Below the pieces are notes generated by a model that was given only the letters and a program-made list of their open reading frames with translations, was not told the DNA's origin and did no database searches. The position numbers and the translations under genes are program-made. Source: an uncultured Verrucomicrobiae bacterium (GTDB lineage: Bacteria; Verrucomicrobiota; Verrucomicrobiia; Chthoniobacterales; JAFAMB01). Taken from it: a stretch of DNA of 64,000 bases. Below are positions 1 through 9,309 of this stretch, one piece after another (the stretch's first letter is position 1; each line of letters starts with the position of its first letter). The stretch lies in the NCBI GenBank assembly GCA_963813025.1, contig CAWEXO010000004.1, positions 1 through 64,000 on the forward strand. The letters run 5' to 3'.

Positions 1-11
1 ACCAATGGAGC

Positions 12-210
12 ATGTCGAACGTCCTCAAAGTGAGCCTGCTAGCGGCAATATACAGTTTACACGACAGAGGTTGGTCCCGGGGGCGAATCGCACGCGAGCT
101 TGGACTCAATCGCGAGACGGTCGGCCGGTATTTGCGCTTGGCAAAACCAGCCATTTGACCACCGGCTTTGAGGAGAGTTGCCCCGCAAAACCGGCCATTT
201 CGACCACGAT
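12..210 (+). pseudogene. IS21-family transposase (IstA) N-terminal remnant
   Basis: ATG at 12 after GGAG reads MSNVLKVSLLAAIYSLHDRGWSRGRIARELGLNRETVGRYLRLAKPAI (HTH typical of the IstA N-terminus), stop at 156-158; the neighbouring frame continues TTGFEESCPAKPAISTT, so there is a 1-bp frameshift and then truncation. Confidence 0.7.
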
Positions 211-501
211 CGAAGCGCGTTTCTGGTTTCACGTTTCGCGTTTGTCGGGGAAAGCCGGGTGGCGCAACGGGGCGGTGCGTCTTACGCATTCCGTTTCTGA
301 ATCGTTGAAATCCGTGTGAATCTGTGGTTGGCATTTCTTCAAGTTGAAAACCTTGACCCTCCTCCTGCTCGGCCGCCTATTTTCGTTTGGCTCCTCGGCG
401 GCAAAAAACCGATTGGTTGTGGACTCCGGCTCGGCGCGCGAGGCTCGAATCGAACGCTGCGCGCTTGTCGCATGAACTGTAACTCTGAAGGATGCTGACC
501 C

Positions 502-749
502 TTGCGTTACCGAATTGAAATCAAAGAAGAGGCGCGTCGACAATTGCGGGCATTGAGTAAAGAGAAACGGCGCGTGATCGGTAAACGACTAGATCTACTG
601 CAACAGGATTTAAAAGGAGACGTCAAAAAGCTGAGCGGCAGGCATCACGAATATCGGCTTGGATTGGTCGCTACCGGGTGCTGTTCATGCTGGAAGCAGA
701 CCTGATCAGCGTTTACGCTGTGAGAGATCGTAAACAGGCTTATGAGTAA
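502..749 (+). pseudogene. RelE/ParE-family toxin, frameshifted near 661
   Basis: MRYRIEIKEEARRQLRAL...GDVKKLSGRHHEYRL continues in another frame as IGRYRVLFMLEADLISVYAVRDRKQAYE*, reconstituting the RelE YRLRIGRYRVLF motif. Confidence 0.8.
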
Positions 750-932
750 ATCGTTGGAAAAGCCCCGGAAGAAGGACCAAGTCTGCAAAGCTTGCAACGG
801 CAAGTCAAAGCGTTGCAACAGCGCATTGAAGATCTCGAAGATCTTTACGAACTCCGGGAAGCTGTCGCCCGCAATGCCGGGAAACCTGGGATCCCTTGGG
901 AACACGTGAAAACCGAACTCGAACTCGATTGA
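742..932 (+). pseudogene. Putative cognate antitoxin, frameshifted near 775
   Basis: ATG overlaps the toxin end; a shifted frame encodes SLQSLQRQVKALQQRIEDLEDLYELREAVARNAGKPGIPWEHVKTELELD*, an acidic antitoxin-like C-terminus. Confidence 0.6.
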
Positions 933-1513
933 ATACGTTTTCTACTAATCACCCGAGCGCCAGCGAGAGCTCTTCCTCCCTTGTGCCAGAGGAGTATCTA
1001 TCGCCACTGCCGCGCCGCAGGCGGGCAGGAGCAACGGTTGATAAACGAAAAGCCCGCGACCAGGGATTCCGGTGCGTTGTGCTTCTGACAAAGACTAACA
1101 ACTATCCCGGTTTCGAGACTTGCCCATCATTTTCCGCGATGGCGAATAACGATTTTCCATTCGAGGTTGGATCACTGGATCGCGCAACTTTATCGCGACT
1201 AATATCCTGGGTATCTACACGCTTTTAGAGTGTGCTCGGCATTATGGAGCGGCTTAAGGGCGGAAAGGCGGAATCCCGTTCGCTTCCTCCATGTTTCGAG
1301 CGACATAGCGTCGGCTGGGAGTACCCCCACTCATTGTTCGCTCTCTTTTGACGGGGTGCAGCGTCCGGCTGCGAAATCCTCGTCGGCTCGTTTACCTGCC
1401 AGGATCCAGTCGACCCGCCTTGACGTTCTCTTCGATCTGACGATCCCATCGATCAGCCATGAATTCCTCGAACCATGCAGAAAAGCGCGCGCAACATGGC
1501 CTTGGCCTGCTTC

Positions 1514-1636
1514 GGTAGGGCGAAAATTCATTCGAGCGTTAGCGAGAACTTGTTTGAGCCGTCTTGGCTATGGCAACCCCATCGTCCGGCTCGAACGAGT
1601 CTTCGCCGAAGGCTCAAATGAAATTTTCGCCCTACC
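1514..1636. repeat. Family A palindromic GTAG-REP/MITE-like repeat (complete inner unit)
   Basis: GGTAGGGCGAAAATTCATTCGAGC...GCTCAAATGAAATTTTCGCCCTACC terminal inverted repeats with internal inverted arms; many related copies in the window. Confidence 0.9.
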
Positions 1637-1817
1637 AGATCAGGGCCGGAACAACGTTGCGAGGTAATCCTTTCAATTTACCGGGCCGCGCGCTGATTAT
1701 CTTGGCACTTGTTAATGCCGCAGAGAATACAAAGACAGAAGGTTCTGGCAGAGATTTCTCCAGGCGTAGGGCCTCTGTTTCTATTAAATGCTCAGATGTG
1801 AAAGCGGGAGGCTTCAC

Positions 1818-2225
1818 CTAGCGGAAAGGATTAATGGCGACTACGCCGTCAAAATCCTGATGGTGTTGGAGATCTTCGGTGAGAACCTCGGGGCATCCCA
1901 TGCTTCGTGCCGCCTCGACGATCGCTGAGTCCCAATACGACAAACCGAACCGTTGCTGAGTCCGAATCGCGGCGAACACAATTTCGACCGTGGCTGGCTG
2001 GACCGGAAATCGAGTCCAGGAGCGGATAAGCCGGGCCGTCGTTAAGAATCCCACGCCGCTTCCTCTAGCCCGCGTGGCTTGCACATAGAACTCTTGTAAG
2101 ACCTGGGTGGAGAGTGCAAGGCCGCTGCGGGTCAGAATCCGACGAGCCACTCGCTTTTTTGTTGCCTCGGCGCCGTCGCTGCTGATCGCGTAGAGCAGAA
2201 TATTGGTATCAACGAAGCTTGCCAC
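1818..2225 (-). CDS. vapC: PIN-domain toxin (VapC family)
   Basis: FVDTNILLYA, STQVLQEFY, LSYWDSAIVEAA and LTEDLQH PIN motifs. Confidence 0.9.
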   Translation of the reverse strand: MASFVDTNILLYAISSDGAEATKKRVARRILTRSGLALSTQVLQEFYVQATRARGSGVGFLTTARLIRSWTRFPVQPATVEIVFAAIRTQQRFGLSYWDSAIVEAARSMGCPEVLTEDLQHHQDFDGVVAINPFR

Positions 2226-2451
2226 GCCGATGCAATTGGTCGCGCTTTAGTCTGGTCGAGGCGCGAAAGCTCTTGATTTCCGAATAGGCTTGTTCCTGGA
2301 GACGCTCCAGCTTCCGAAATTCATCTTCTTCATCACCCAATATCTGGAGGAACTGCCTCACCAACGCGCTCAGCGAGGTGTTTCGTTCCGCCGCCTTTAT
2401 CTTGGCATTCCGATAAACCTCATCCGTCAGTGAAACTGTGACATTTCTCAC
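2209..2451 (-). CDS. Ribbon-helix-helix antitoxin (VapB-like)
   Basis: MRNVTVSLTDEVYRNAKIKAAERNTSLSALVRQFL RHH pattern; overlaps the PIN gene start. Confidence 0.85.
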   Translation of the reverse strand: MRNVTVSLTDEVYRNAKIKAAERNTSLSALVRQFLQILGDEEDEFRKLERLQEQAYSEIKSFRASTRLKRDQLHRRGKLR

Positions 2452-2657
2452 AGTTTAACTGTCTCACCGAAAATCAGATTCGCCAGGAAAATTCAGGGCT
2501 TGCTAGTAGCGCCGACGGCCCCGTCGGTACTCGGTTTCCCTGAGGAACAGCATGAGCGTACTGCGTGTTTCCGCTTGCTCAGAAATCGTGATCCGTGTTT
2601 GCAAATGCGATAGGCTCTGGCGACATGAAGACGAATGATTTGGCCAGGACCTGCTTC

Positions 2658-2773
2658 GGTAGGGCGAAAATTCATTCGAGCCTTAGCGAGAACTTGTTTG
2701 AGCCGTCTTGGCTATGGCAACTCCATCGTCCGGCTCAAACGAGTCCTCGCCGAAGGCTCAAATGAAATTTTCG
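2658..2773. repeat. Family A repeat, left part (continues at 4459 after the IS110 insertion)
   Basis: Near-identical to 1514-1636 but stops at AAATTTTCG; the missing CCCTACCGAAGCAGG appears at 4459-4473. Confidence 0.9.
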
Positions 2774-2941
2774 TATAGCAAGTCCGGAGTTATTCAGCAA
2801 GCTGTGGTCGGAGGCCCTACCGGTCGAAGCTCCAGCTTGTGAATAACTCCGCCCGGAGAAAAGAAAGCTTTGGAAAAAAGAAAGGGTTTTCTTTGCCAAG
2901 GGCAGTCGGGCAAAATCCCGCGCTGCCCACGCGAAGAAGGA

Positions 2942-3095
2942 CGCGCCGGCTGGCTACGAATAGGATTTTCGGGTCCGCGAGATCTTTAGGGCAGAGTTTC
3001 GAGCCAGCCGGTCGCGCTTTGATTCGTCACAACGAATACTCTAGTTGAGGTCGAGCACTTCACACTTCGACGACTTAACTATACGGATTTCGGAC
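2942..3095 (+). ncRNA. Putative bridge RNA of IS110 element A
   Basis: Stem GCGCCGGCTGGCT(2943-2955)/AGCCAGCCGGTCGC(3002-3015) encloses ATTTTCG (2965-2971) and TAGGGC (2987-2992), matching both sides of the insertion site; second hairpin about 3042-3081. Ends are approximate. Confidence 0.65.
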
Positions 3096-3151
3096 GGCCA
3101 AAGCCAAGCGGCTTTTTTCGCGCTGGGTAAAACCAGAAAAAAGGAGCAAGC

Positions 3152-4426
3152 ATGAACCGATCAAATCCGTTTCCGGTCCCAGATCCCCATTATATGGTCA
3201 GCGTGGGAATCGATTGGGCTGATAAAGAACACGCTGTCTGTCAACGCTCTGGTCCGGAGGGAGGATGCCGGACATTCCAGCTGGGCGCCGATCCCGTTTC
3301 GGTTCGGACCTGGCTCGAAGAGCTCAAAAGCTTGGCTGGTCCGCAGGGGCGGGTGGCCATTGGTTTTGAACAAAATCGGGGAGCACTCTTTGAAATGCTC
3401 CGCACCCAGGGAGACTGGATCGACCTCTATCCGCTCAATCCTTTGAGTTTAAGCGAATACCGCAAGGTCTTCTTTACTAGTGGCGCCAAGGATGACCCTC
3501 GCGACAGCCAATTGATCGAAGAGCTCGTTGATCACCATCGGGATCGGCTCCGGCTTTATCAACCCCCGGAGCCGGTAGTGCGGGAACTGGATTTGCTCGG
3601 TCAGCACCGACGCAAAGCCGTCGAGGCCTCCGTGGTGTGCGAAAACCAACTCACCAGCTTACTCAAAGTCTACTATCCGCTGGCCCTCGAGCTCCTCGAT
3701 GATTTGGGCACCACTCTGGCGCTGCATTTTTTGAAACGCTGGCCGACCCTGCAGAGTTTAAAAAAAGCCAAGCCCCAGACCCTGCGCTCTTTTTTTTATC
3801 AGCACCACAGCCGCAGCCAGAGCTTGATCGAGGAGCGCTTGGAAAAGATTGCTCGGGCCCAAACCGTCACCGAGGATCGTTCTCTGCTGGAGCCCTCCGT
3901 GCTGAGTTGCAAGTGTTTGGTCAGTCAATTGTTGCCGCTGCGAGATTCCATCAAGGCTTTTGACAAAGCCATCCACACTCTGTTTGCCAAACATCCCGAT
4001 CGGCACATTTTTGAAAGTCTGCCCGGAGCCGGCCCGCAATTAGCCCCGCGCTTGTTGGTGGCTTTTGGCTCCAATCGGCAGGCTTTTGCCCAAGCCCTGG
4101 AGGTACAGAAAAAAAGCGGAATCGCTCCGGTCCAAGTGCGCAGCGGCCAAACCAAAAGCGTCCAGCGGCGGCGCTTTCGCTCCAAATTCCTGTGCCAGAG
4201 CTTCCACGAATTCGCGGCTCATTCCATTCCTTATTCCCAATGGGCCAAGCTCTATTATCAAGAGCAAATGGCCCGCGGTAAGTCCCACCACACTGCCGTG
4301 CGCGCCTTGGCCTTTAAATGGATCCGCGTCATCTTCCGGCTCTGGCAGGACCGCACCCCTTATGACGAAGAGCGCTACCTCCAAGTCCTCAAAAAACGCC
4401 ACTCACCAATCGGTGAAAAACTTTAA
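3152..4426 (+). CDS. IS110-family transposase/recombinase
   Basis: DEDD RuvC-like motifs VGIDWADKEH, IGFEQ, GAKDDPRDS; C-terminal SLPGAGPQLAPRLL and RSG serine motif; AGGAG RBS. Confidence 0.95.
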   Translation: MNRSNPFPVPDPHYMVSVGIDWADKEHAVCQRSGPEGGCRTFQLGADPVSVRTWLEELKSLAGPQGRVAIGFEQNRGALFEMLRTQGDWIDLYPLNPLSLSEYRKVFFTSGAKDDPRDSQLIEELVDHHRDRLRLYQPPEPVVRELDLLGQHRRKAVEASVVCENQLTSLLKVYYPLALELLDDLGTTLALHFLKRWPTLQSLKKAKPQTLRSFFYQHHSRSQSLIEERLEKIARAQTVTEDRSLLEPSVLSCKCLVSQLLPLRDSIKAFDKAIHTLFAKHPDRHIFESLPGAGPQLAPRLLVAFGSNRQAFAQALEVQKKSGIAPVQVRSGQTKSVQRRRFRSKFLCQSFHEFAAHSIPYSQWAKLYYQEQMARGKSHHTAVRALAFKWIRVIFRLWQDRTPYDEERYLQVLKKRHSPIGEKL

Positions 4427-4602
4427 CTTTTTCCCTTGCCAGACCTGCTCAGATACTACCCTACCGAAGCAGGGTCGGAAGCAACCTTGCGAGGCCAACC
4501 TTTCCATTCATCGGGCCGTGCGCTGATTATTTCCGGTCGGTGGTTCGCAGGGGGAATCTACTTCGCTTGCTGTTTAGCGGGTTTTATGGTTAACTTGTTT
4601 CC

Positions 4603-4875
4603 ATGAAAGCTACGATCGACTTTGAGGATGAGCTTTACCGCCGATTGAAAGCAACCGCCGCCCTGGAGGGACGCAAGGTCAAGGATTTGGTCGCCGAGGC
4701 GGTTCGCTCCCTTTTGACGGATGAAAAGCCGGCGCTCCGTCGACGCAAGCGAATCCAATTGCCGGTGGTGAAGTCCAAGAAGCCAGGAACACTCGCTCTG
4801 ACAAGCGAGGCGATTGCTGAACTGGAAACTCTGTTGGACCTAAGAGGACGCAATAAACAACCGGGCGGCCGTTAA
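4603..4875 (+). CDS. Orphan RHH antitoxin-like protein
   Basis: MKATIDFEDELYRRLKATAALEGRKVKDLVAEAVRSLL resembles VapB/CopG antitoxins; no toxin gene follows. Confidence 0.7.
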   Translation: MKATIDFEDELYRRLKATAALEGRKVKDLVAEAVRSLLTDEKPALRRRKRIQLPVVKSKKPGTLALTSEAIAELETLLDLRGRNKQPGGR

Positions 4876-5293
4876 TGTTTATCGTCAATTCCGAGCTGAC
4901 CCCCGGGTCGGATGGCTGGAAGAACCAGTTGGCGAAGACCAACCGGGCCGGACCAGAACGCGCCAATCTTTTTTTGAGTCGGGCGAATGATTCTAACGAA
5001 TTTGTCTTCTTCGCGATCTTAGCGAGCTTCTGTTTAAAATCCTCGACATTATCGGCTTCGGAAAGAGAACACCGAAGGCATGAAACAAGAAAACAAATTG
5101 TAATATAAGTCGATTACTCCGTACTACTGTCGGTGAAAAATGTTGTTTTCCTGCGAGGCGAGGACTCGTTTGAGCCGGGCGCCGGAGTTGCCACCGCCCA
5201 AGGTTTGAGCAGCATTTTCGTGGGCGTTGGAGTGATGATTTGGTTCCACACGATCAAAGCCGATATTTTTGCTATTTGAAATGCACTGGATTT

Positions 5294-5686
5294 ATGAGCA
5301 AGCGGGGCGGTAAAGAGAAGCGATCGAGGAAAGCGAGTCTGGGTTTCGAGGCATTTTCCTTTGGATCGATCCGCATTAATGGAACGACCTATGATTACGA
5401 CGTGGTGATCGATCGCTGCCACGTAAGCAAGCGGAATAAGAAACCATCAAAAAAGTTCCGCTCCTCCCTTGGACACACGCCGCTCTCAATCGAGGAGGAC
5501 ATACCCTGGAAGTGCCGGCGGCTGGTCGTCGGTACGGGTACCGGAGCCTTGCCGATCATGGACGAGGTTAAGCGTGAAGCCGATCGCCGCGAAATCGAAT
5601 TGGTCATTCTTCCGACGGCAGACGCGATCAAGACGTTTCAGGAGAATCCTGATAAGACCAACGCGATCCTGCACGTAACGTGCTAA
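5294..5686 (+). CDS. Mth938/NDUFAF3-like domain protein
   Basis: FSFGSIRINGTTYDYDVVI, LVVGTG.GALPIMDEV and AILHVTC motifs; start uncertain. Confidence 0.8.
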   Translation: MSKRGGKEKRSRKASLGFEAFSFGSIRINGTTYDYDVVIDRCHVSKRNKKPSKKFRSSLGHTPLSIEEDIPWKCRRLVVGTGTGALPIMDEVKREADRREIELVILPTADAIKTFQENPDKTNAILHVTC

Positions 5687-5753
5687 AGTTGAGCTAAATC
5701 AAACATCGAGGCCGTCCAATGAAAGACCGTGTGGGTTTAGTCGCAGGTGCCTA

Positions 5754-5896
5754 CCTGCTGACGGAGCCTTGTGAACACGGGCTCATGTTCCAACCCTGTT
5801 TGGAACGGCCTAAGATACGGTTCGGTCTTTTGCAAGGTGCGGCACGAGGAGGGGGGACTAATCTAGCGGACAGGTTCTACCGACCTTTGGGCGAAG
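5754..5896 (-). ncRNA. Orphan/truncated copy of the IS110 element B bridge RNA region
   Basis: Closely similar to 45213-45353; no transposase ORF adjacent; fused to family A repeat sequence at GGCGAAG. Confidence 0.7.
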
Positions 5897-5922
5897 ACTC
5901 GTTCGAGCCGGGCGCTGCGGCA

Positions 5923-6070
5923 GGTCACACTGAAGACGGCTCAAACAAGTTCTCGCTAAGGCTCGAATAAATTTTCGCCCTACCGGCGCAGGACCAAAGA
6001 CGCTTTGGGACATGTCTCGAACCTTAGCTCGATTGCGCGAGCTACAGATTGACCAAAGTCCGACAGACCC
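5923..6070. repeat. Family A repeat half with outer arm
   Basis: Reverse complement of 54500-54647 with one mismatch seen by eye. Confidence 0.9.
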
Positions 6071-6221
6071 AAAAAGGCCTTGCAGGCAGACCCTTTCGTT
6101 TTGGGCTACCGTTGGCCAATGATGCGCCCCGCCACGGCCACCAGCTCCGCGTTGTCCCGTCTCGACCGCCTTGAAAAAGGTTTCCACTTCGCCCCGACAA
6201 ACGCCCGGCGTTCGATAGTCC

Positions 6222-7436
6222 TTAGTCCTTGGGAAGTGCGACCAAGGGGGTCTCGCGCATCTCGGTTGGACGCTGGTGCTGGATGCTCTGTACCCTTTGC
6301 AGCGCCTGATCGACTGCCGCTTTGTCTGGCAAAAAGGTGTAAGTGATGTCGAAGCGGCGTTGCTCTTTCGGACCAATGGTCGGCACGCGATTCAACGCGC
6401 GTTGATAGCTGCGGTTATAGGCAAAGCTAGTGCCCGGTTCAAGGCCAGTGACATATCCCTGAGCGAGCGTATCTGTGTTTTTCCATAGCGAGAGCACGGG
6501 CAACTGTTGAATGTTAAAACCGAGGCTGATCCCAAGGTTACCCGCTGTGTTATGCAGCACGGCTAGCGTCTGGCCCTGCTCATCCCCGTACGGCACTACG
6601 TTGAACACAGTTTCGTCGTAGTCGCGCGTCGGTGGTTTGTAGGTCTGGTAATCACTGAGTTCAGGCGCCGCCCTATCATTGAAGGGGGAAACCTGCTGCA
6701 CAGGGGCGCTGAAGCCGGCCCCCGGGTCCAACAAGGGCGGACCAAAGTTGCTGTGGTAGAGCGCCTCGTATTCCTTGGGGTAGTCGCCCTGGTTTGTCAG
6801 CGTGTCGTGCAAGCTAAACTGTCGAGCGCCGGGTTCGGTGCTCAACTCTGTCGCGATAACAAAATTTACTAATTTGAACGCCTGTTCCTTCAAATCGCCT
6901 TTCAGTCGGATGGTGTAGGGTGGATCCTCGTCGATGCTCAGCACGACTTTCGAAGCCGGAATGTTGGCTGCGAGGCCATGCAAGGGGAGCATTACGCCTT
7001 TATCCATACCGGGGTGGCCAACCCATTCATAACCGCAACGAGTGACCATCTCATTAAAACCTTCAAGCCATCCTAGACCGCCACGTCCGTTTAGTTGAAT
7101 GAACGCCGGATTAACTACTTCGCTCACGGGCGAATGCCAACCGATCCGAACGTCTCCGGAAACAGCTTCCAAAACGTTCATGCCCCGCGTGGGGACCACC
7201 GAAATTCTCATCGCGCCAGTGTCGATGTCGACGATACTTACGCCTTCCTGACGTCCACCATGCAGAACGCGCATCCTGACGGAGAACGGTTTGTCAGGTT
7301 TCAAACCGAGATCCTGGCTGGTGATCTGCCAATTCTCTGCGGCCTTATCAGTATCGAGCAGTACGCGCTCCCAAGCAAGCGCCGGAGCGCCGGTCAGTAC
7401 GGCGCACAAACCGAGGAGGGAAACGATCGCTTTCAT
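6222..7436 (-). CDS. Secreted aldose 1-epimerase-family (DUF4432-like) protein
   Basis: LHGGRQEGV, VPTRGM, LPLHG, YHSNFGPPLL and GYVTGLEPGT motifs; N-terminal signal peptide MKAIVSLLGLCAVLTGAPALA. Confidence 0.85.
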   Translation of the reverse strand: MKAIVSLLGLCAVLTGAPALAWERVLLDTDKAAENWQITSQDLGLKPDKPFSVRMRVLHGGRQEGVSIVDIDTGAMRISVVPTRGMNVLEAVSGDVRIGWHSPVSEVVNPAFIQLNGRGGLGWLEGFNEMVTRCGYEWVGHPGMDKGVMLPLHGLAANIPASKVVLSIDEDPPYTIRLKGDLKEQAFKLVNFVIATELSTEPGARQFSLHDTLTNQGDYPKEYEALYHSNFGPPLLDPGAGFSAPVQQVSPFNDRAAPELSDYQTYKPPTRDYDETVFNVVPYGDEQGQTLAVLHNTAGNLGISLGFNIQQLPVLSLWKNTDTLAQGYVTGLEPGTSFAYNRSYQRALNRVPTIGPKEQRRFDITYTFLPDKAAVDQALQRVQSIQHQRPTEMRETPLVALPKD

Positions 7437-7550
7437 GACGGTGTATAGCATCTTTCTACACGGACTGCGAGTCCATTGTAAGGTCACACTCTCCGAAATC
7501 GAACCGAGAAGCGCTCGTCCCTGCACTTCGACCGCTCATCGGGCAGAAGG

Positions 7551-9296
7551 TCAAACTGGGTAGCAAAGGCGTACTGTCACCTGGCCCTTCTGCACCTTGA
7601 CCTGTTGACGGTCCACGGCCAAGCCGCGCAGGAAATTACGCAGTCCGACGATGGCGGCGGCTTCCTCGTTGTCGAGTTTACCCTCCAGGGGGGCCTGGTC
7701 CTCGCGCACCGTCGGCAGGCGTGCCATTGGAGTGCCCCGGTAAGAGATGTCCACGCGGAGTTCGACGCCATTGTAGACGGTGCGCAGGATGCCCTCGGGG
7801 TGGCGCGAGTGATTTTGCAGGATGTAGGTGATGACATCGCGGGAATGGACCGCACACGTTTCAATCAGATCCGTAGCGACCTTCCAGCCCTGCGCCTTGT
7901 CGCGCAGGAACGCCACCGCAACCCCGACCGAGCCCTCCGCATCGTTCCACGCAGCCTCGGCTGCTTGCTGCGTGCCCAAACGGAACAGTAGCGTGAGCGC
8001 GATCGCGGCGGTAAGGCAAAGCGCTAGAGGACTAGCAGTGAAGCTCCGAACTGCGGGAGGCAAGTCGCGAAAGTAGCCTGGGTAGACATTCTCACTGAGT
8101 GCCAGTAGGGTGGAGATACCGATCACATAGATGGCGCGGGTGTCTATGGGTCGTGACAGCATGACTTGCATGCCGCCAGAGATCATGAATGAGGCGGTAA
8201 AGACGAGCAGCGAGCCCGCCACTTCCTGCGGCACCAACAGGAAAAAACCGGAGAGCTTCGGCGAGAAGGCGAATATCAGCAGAACAACCGCCGCAGCAAA
8301 ACCGATCACGCGACTCGTGGCACCTGTAGCACCAGACACACCGACCAAGCTGGGCCCGATACTCATCCCAGGCACCCCGAGAGCGCTGCCCACCACATTA
8401 GAAAGCCCGTCGGCCAGCACCCCTTTGCGGATGTTAGTCTTGTCTGGCCGTCGCCAGGCAGCGTTGTTAATTCGCTGGCACGTCGTTATGACGCCCACAG
8501 CGCGCAAAGACGCTGCGACGCCGGCGGCCAGAAAAGCAGGTACCAGCCCGACATCGAAGCTGACCTGCAGAAAGGTTGGACGGGGCAACGCGACCCAGGC
8601 GGCATGCCCGATCGCCGCCAGCCCAGCGGGATCGATGAGCCCGATAACCGAACCGCCCGCCATCCCTGCAATAAGTCCAAACGAAGTACACAGAAGCTTT
8701 AGCGTTCCGCGACCCCAGATACTGAGACCGACGCAAACCGCAAGGGTGAGCGTCGTAACGCTAAGGTGCAAGGGAAAGGCAGGCAACGCTTCATGGCGGA
8801 CGTCGAGCGTTTCCCCGATTCCAACCACACCAAGCTGCAGGCCGACCACAAAAACGGTGAGGCCAGTGAGAACAGGTGTGATCACTACCTGGAGCCGGCG
8901 GAGGGCGAGGGCGACCAGGACCTCGACCGCTCCCGCAAGGAGAGTCAGCCCGAAGACCAGGGGCATACCGCCGATCTCGGCCGCTAAAACCGAGGGAGCC
9001 AGGTAGACAGCGGAAAAAAGGGGCGGCGCGAGAAAGCCCGAACCAACGGGTCCACGCGGCAGGGCCTGGAGTACCGTACCAATCGCGAGCCCAACGCAGG
9101 CAATGCCCATTGCGTCAACACTCATGGTCTGTGTTGCGCGAGCGTGGTGTAAGATGATGGTGACCAGAATCAGATAAATCGCGGCCATCACCGCATATTG
9201 ACAGCCAAGCAAGGCAAGGCGCAGCGGTGGCGGCCATTCATTGACAGCATAAAGGAGATTTGGCGGCCGCTCGGGTTGGTCAGGGACAGCAGTCAT
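7551..9296 (-). CDS. NCS2 (xanthine/uracil/vitamin C) permease with C-terminal soluble domain
   Basis: LLYAVNEWPP, IRKGVLADGL, TGATSRVIG and FSPKL motifs; many TM segments. Confidence 0.85.
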   Translation of the reverse strand: MTAVPDQPERPPNLLYAVNEWPPPLRLALLGCQYAVMAAIYLILVTIILHHARATQTMSVDAMGIACVGLAIGTVLQALPRGPVGSGFLAPPLFSAVYLAPSVLAAEIGGMPLVFGLTLLAGAVEVLVALALRRLQVVITPVLTGLTVFVVGLQLGVVGIGETLDVRHEALPAFPLHLSVTTLTLAVCVGLSIWGRGTLKLLCTSFGLIAGMAGGSVIGLIDPAGLAAIGHAAWVALPRPTFLQVSFDVGLVPAFLAAGVAASLRAVGVITTCQRINNAAWRRPDKTNIRKGVLADGLSNVVGSALGVPGMSIGPSLVGVSGATGATSRVIGFAAAVVLLIFAFSPKLSGFFLLVPQEVAGSLLVFTASFMISGGMQVMLSRPIDTRAIYVIGISTLLALSENVYPGYFRDLPPAVRSFTASPLALCLTAAIALTLLFRLGTQQAAEAAWNDAEGSVGVAVAFLRDKAQGWKVATDLIETCAVHSRDVITYILQNHSRHPEGILRTVYNGVELRVDISYRGTPMARLPTVREDQAPLEGKLDNEEAAAIVGLRNFLRGLAVDRQQVKVQKGQVTVRLCYPV

Positions 9297-9309
9297 TGTT
9301 TTGTGGTAT

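Larger units (their letters stand above)
2774..4458 (+). mobile_element. IS110-family element A inserted in family A repeat
   Basis: Removing 2774-4458 restores the consensus TTTTCGCCCTACC; long 5' non-coding end, transposase, short 3' end; no terminal inverted repeats. Confidence 0.85.

Noticed and set aside
1230..1310. RFLHVSSD resembling a dTDP-glucose 4,6-dehydratase fragment
   Set aside because: Too short to support, and the rest of the ORF runs into repeat sequence.
5719..5970. ORFs sharing LLTEPCEHGL (also 45178-45495) as a repeated small protein
   Set aside because: They are antisense translations of the bridge-RNA region, not independent genes.
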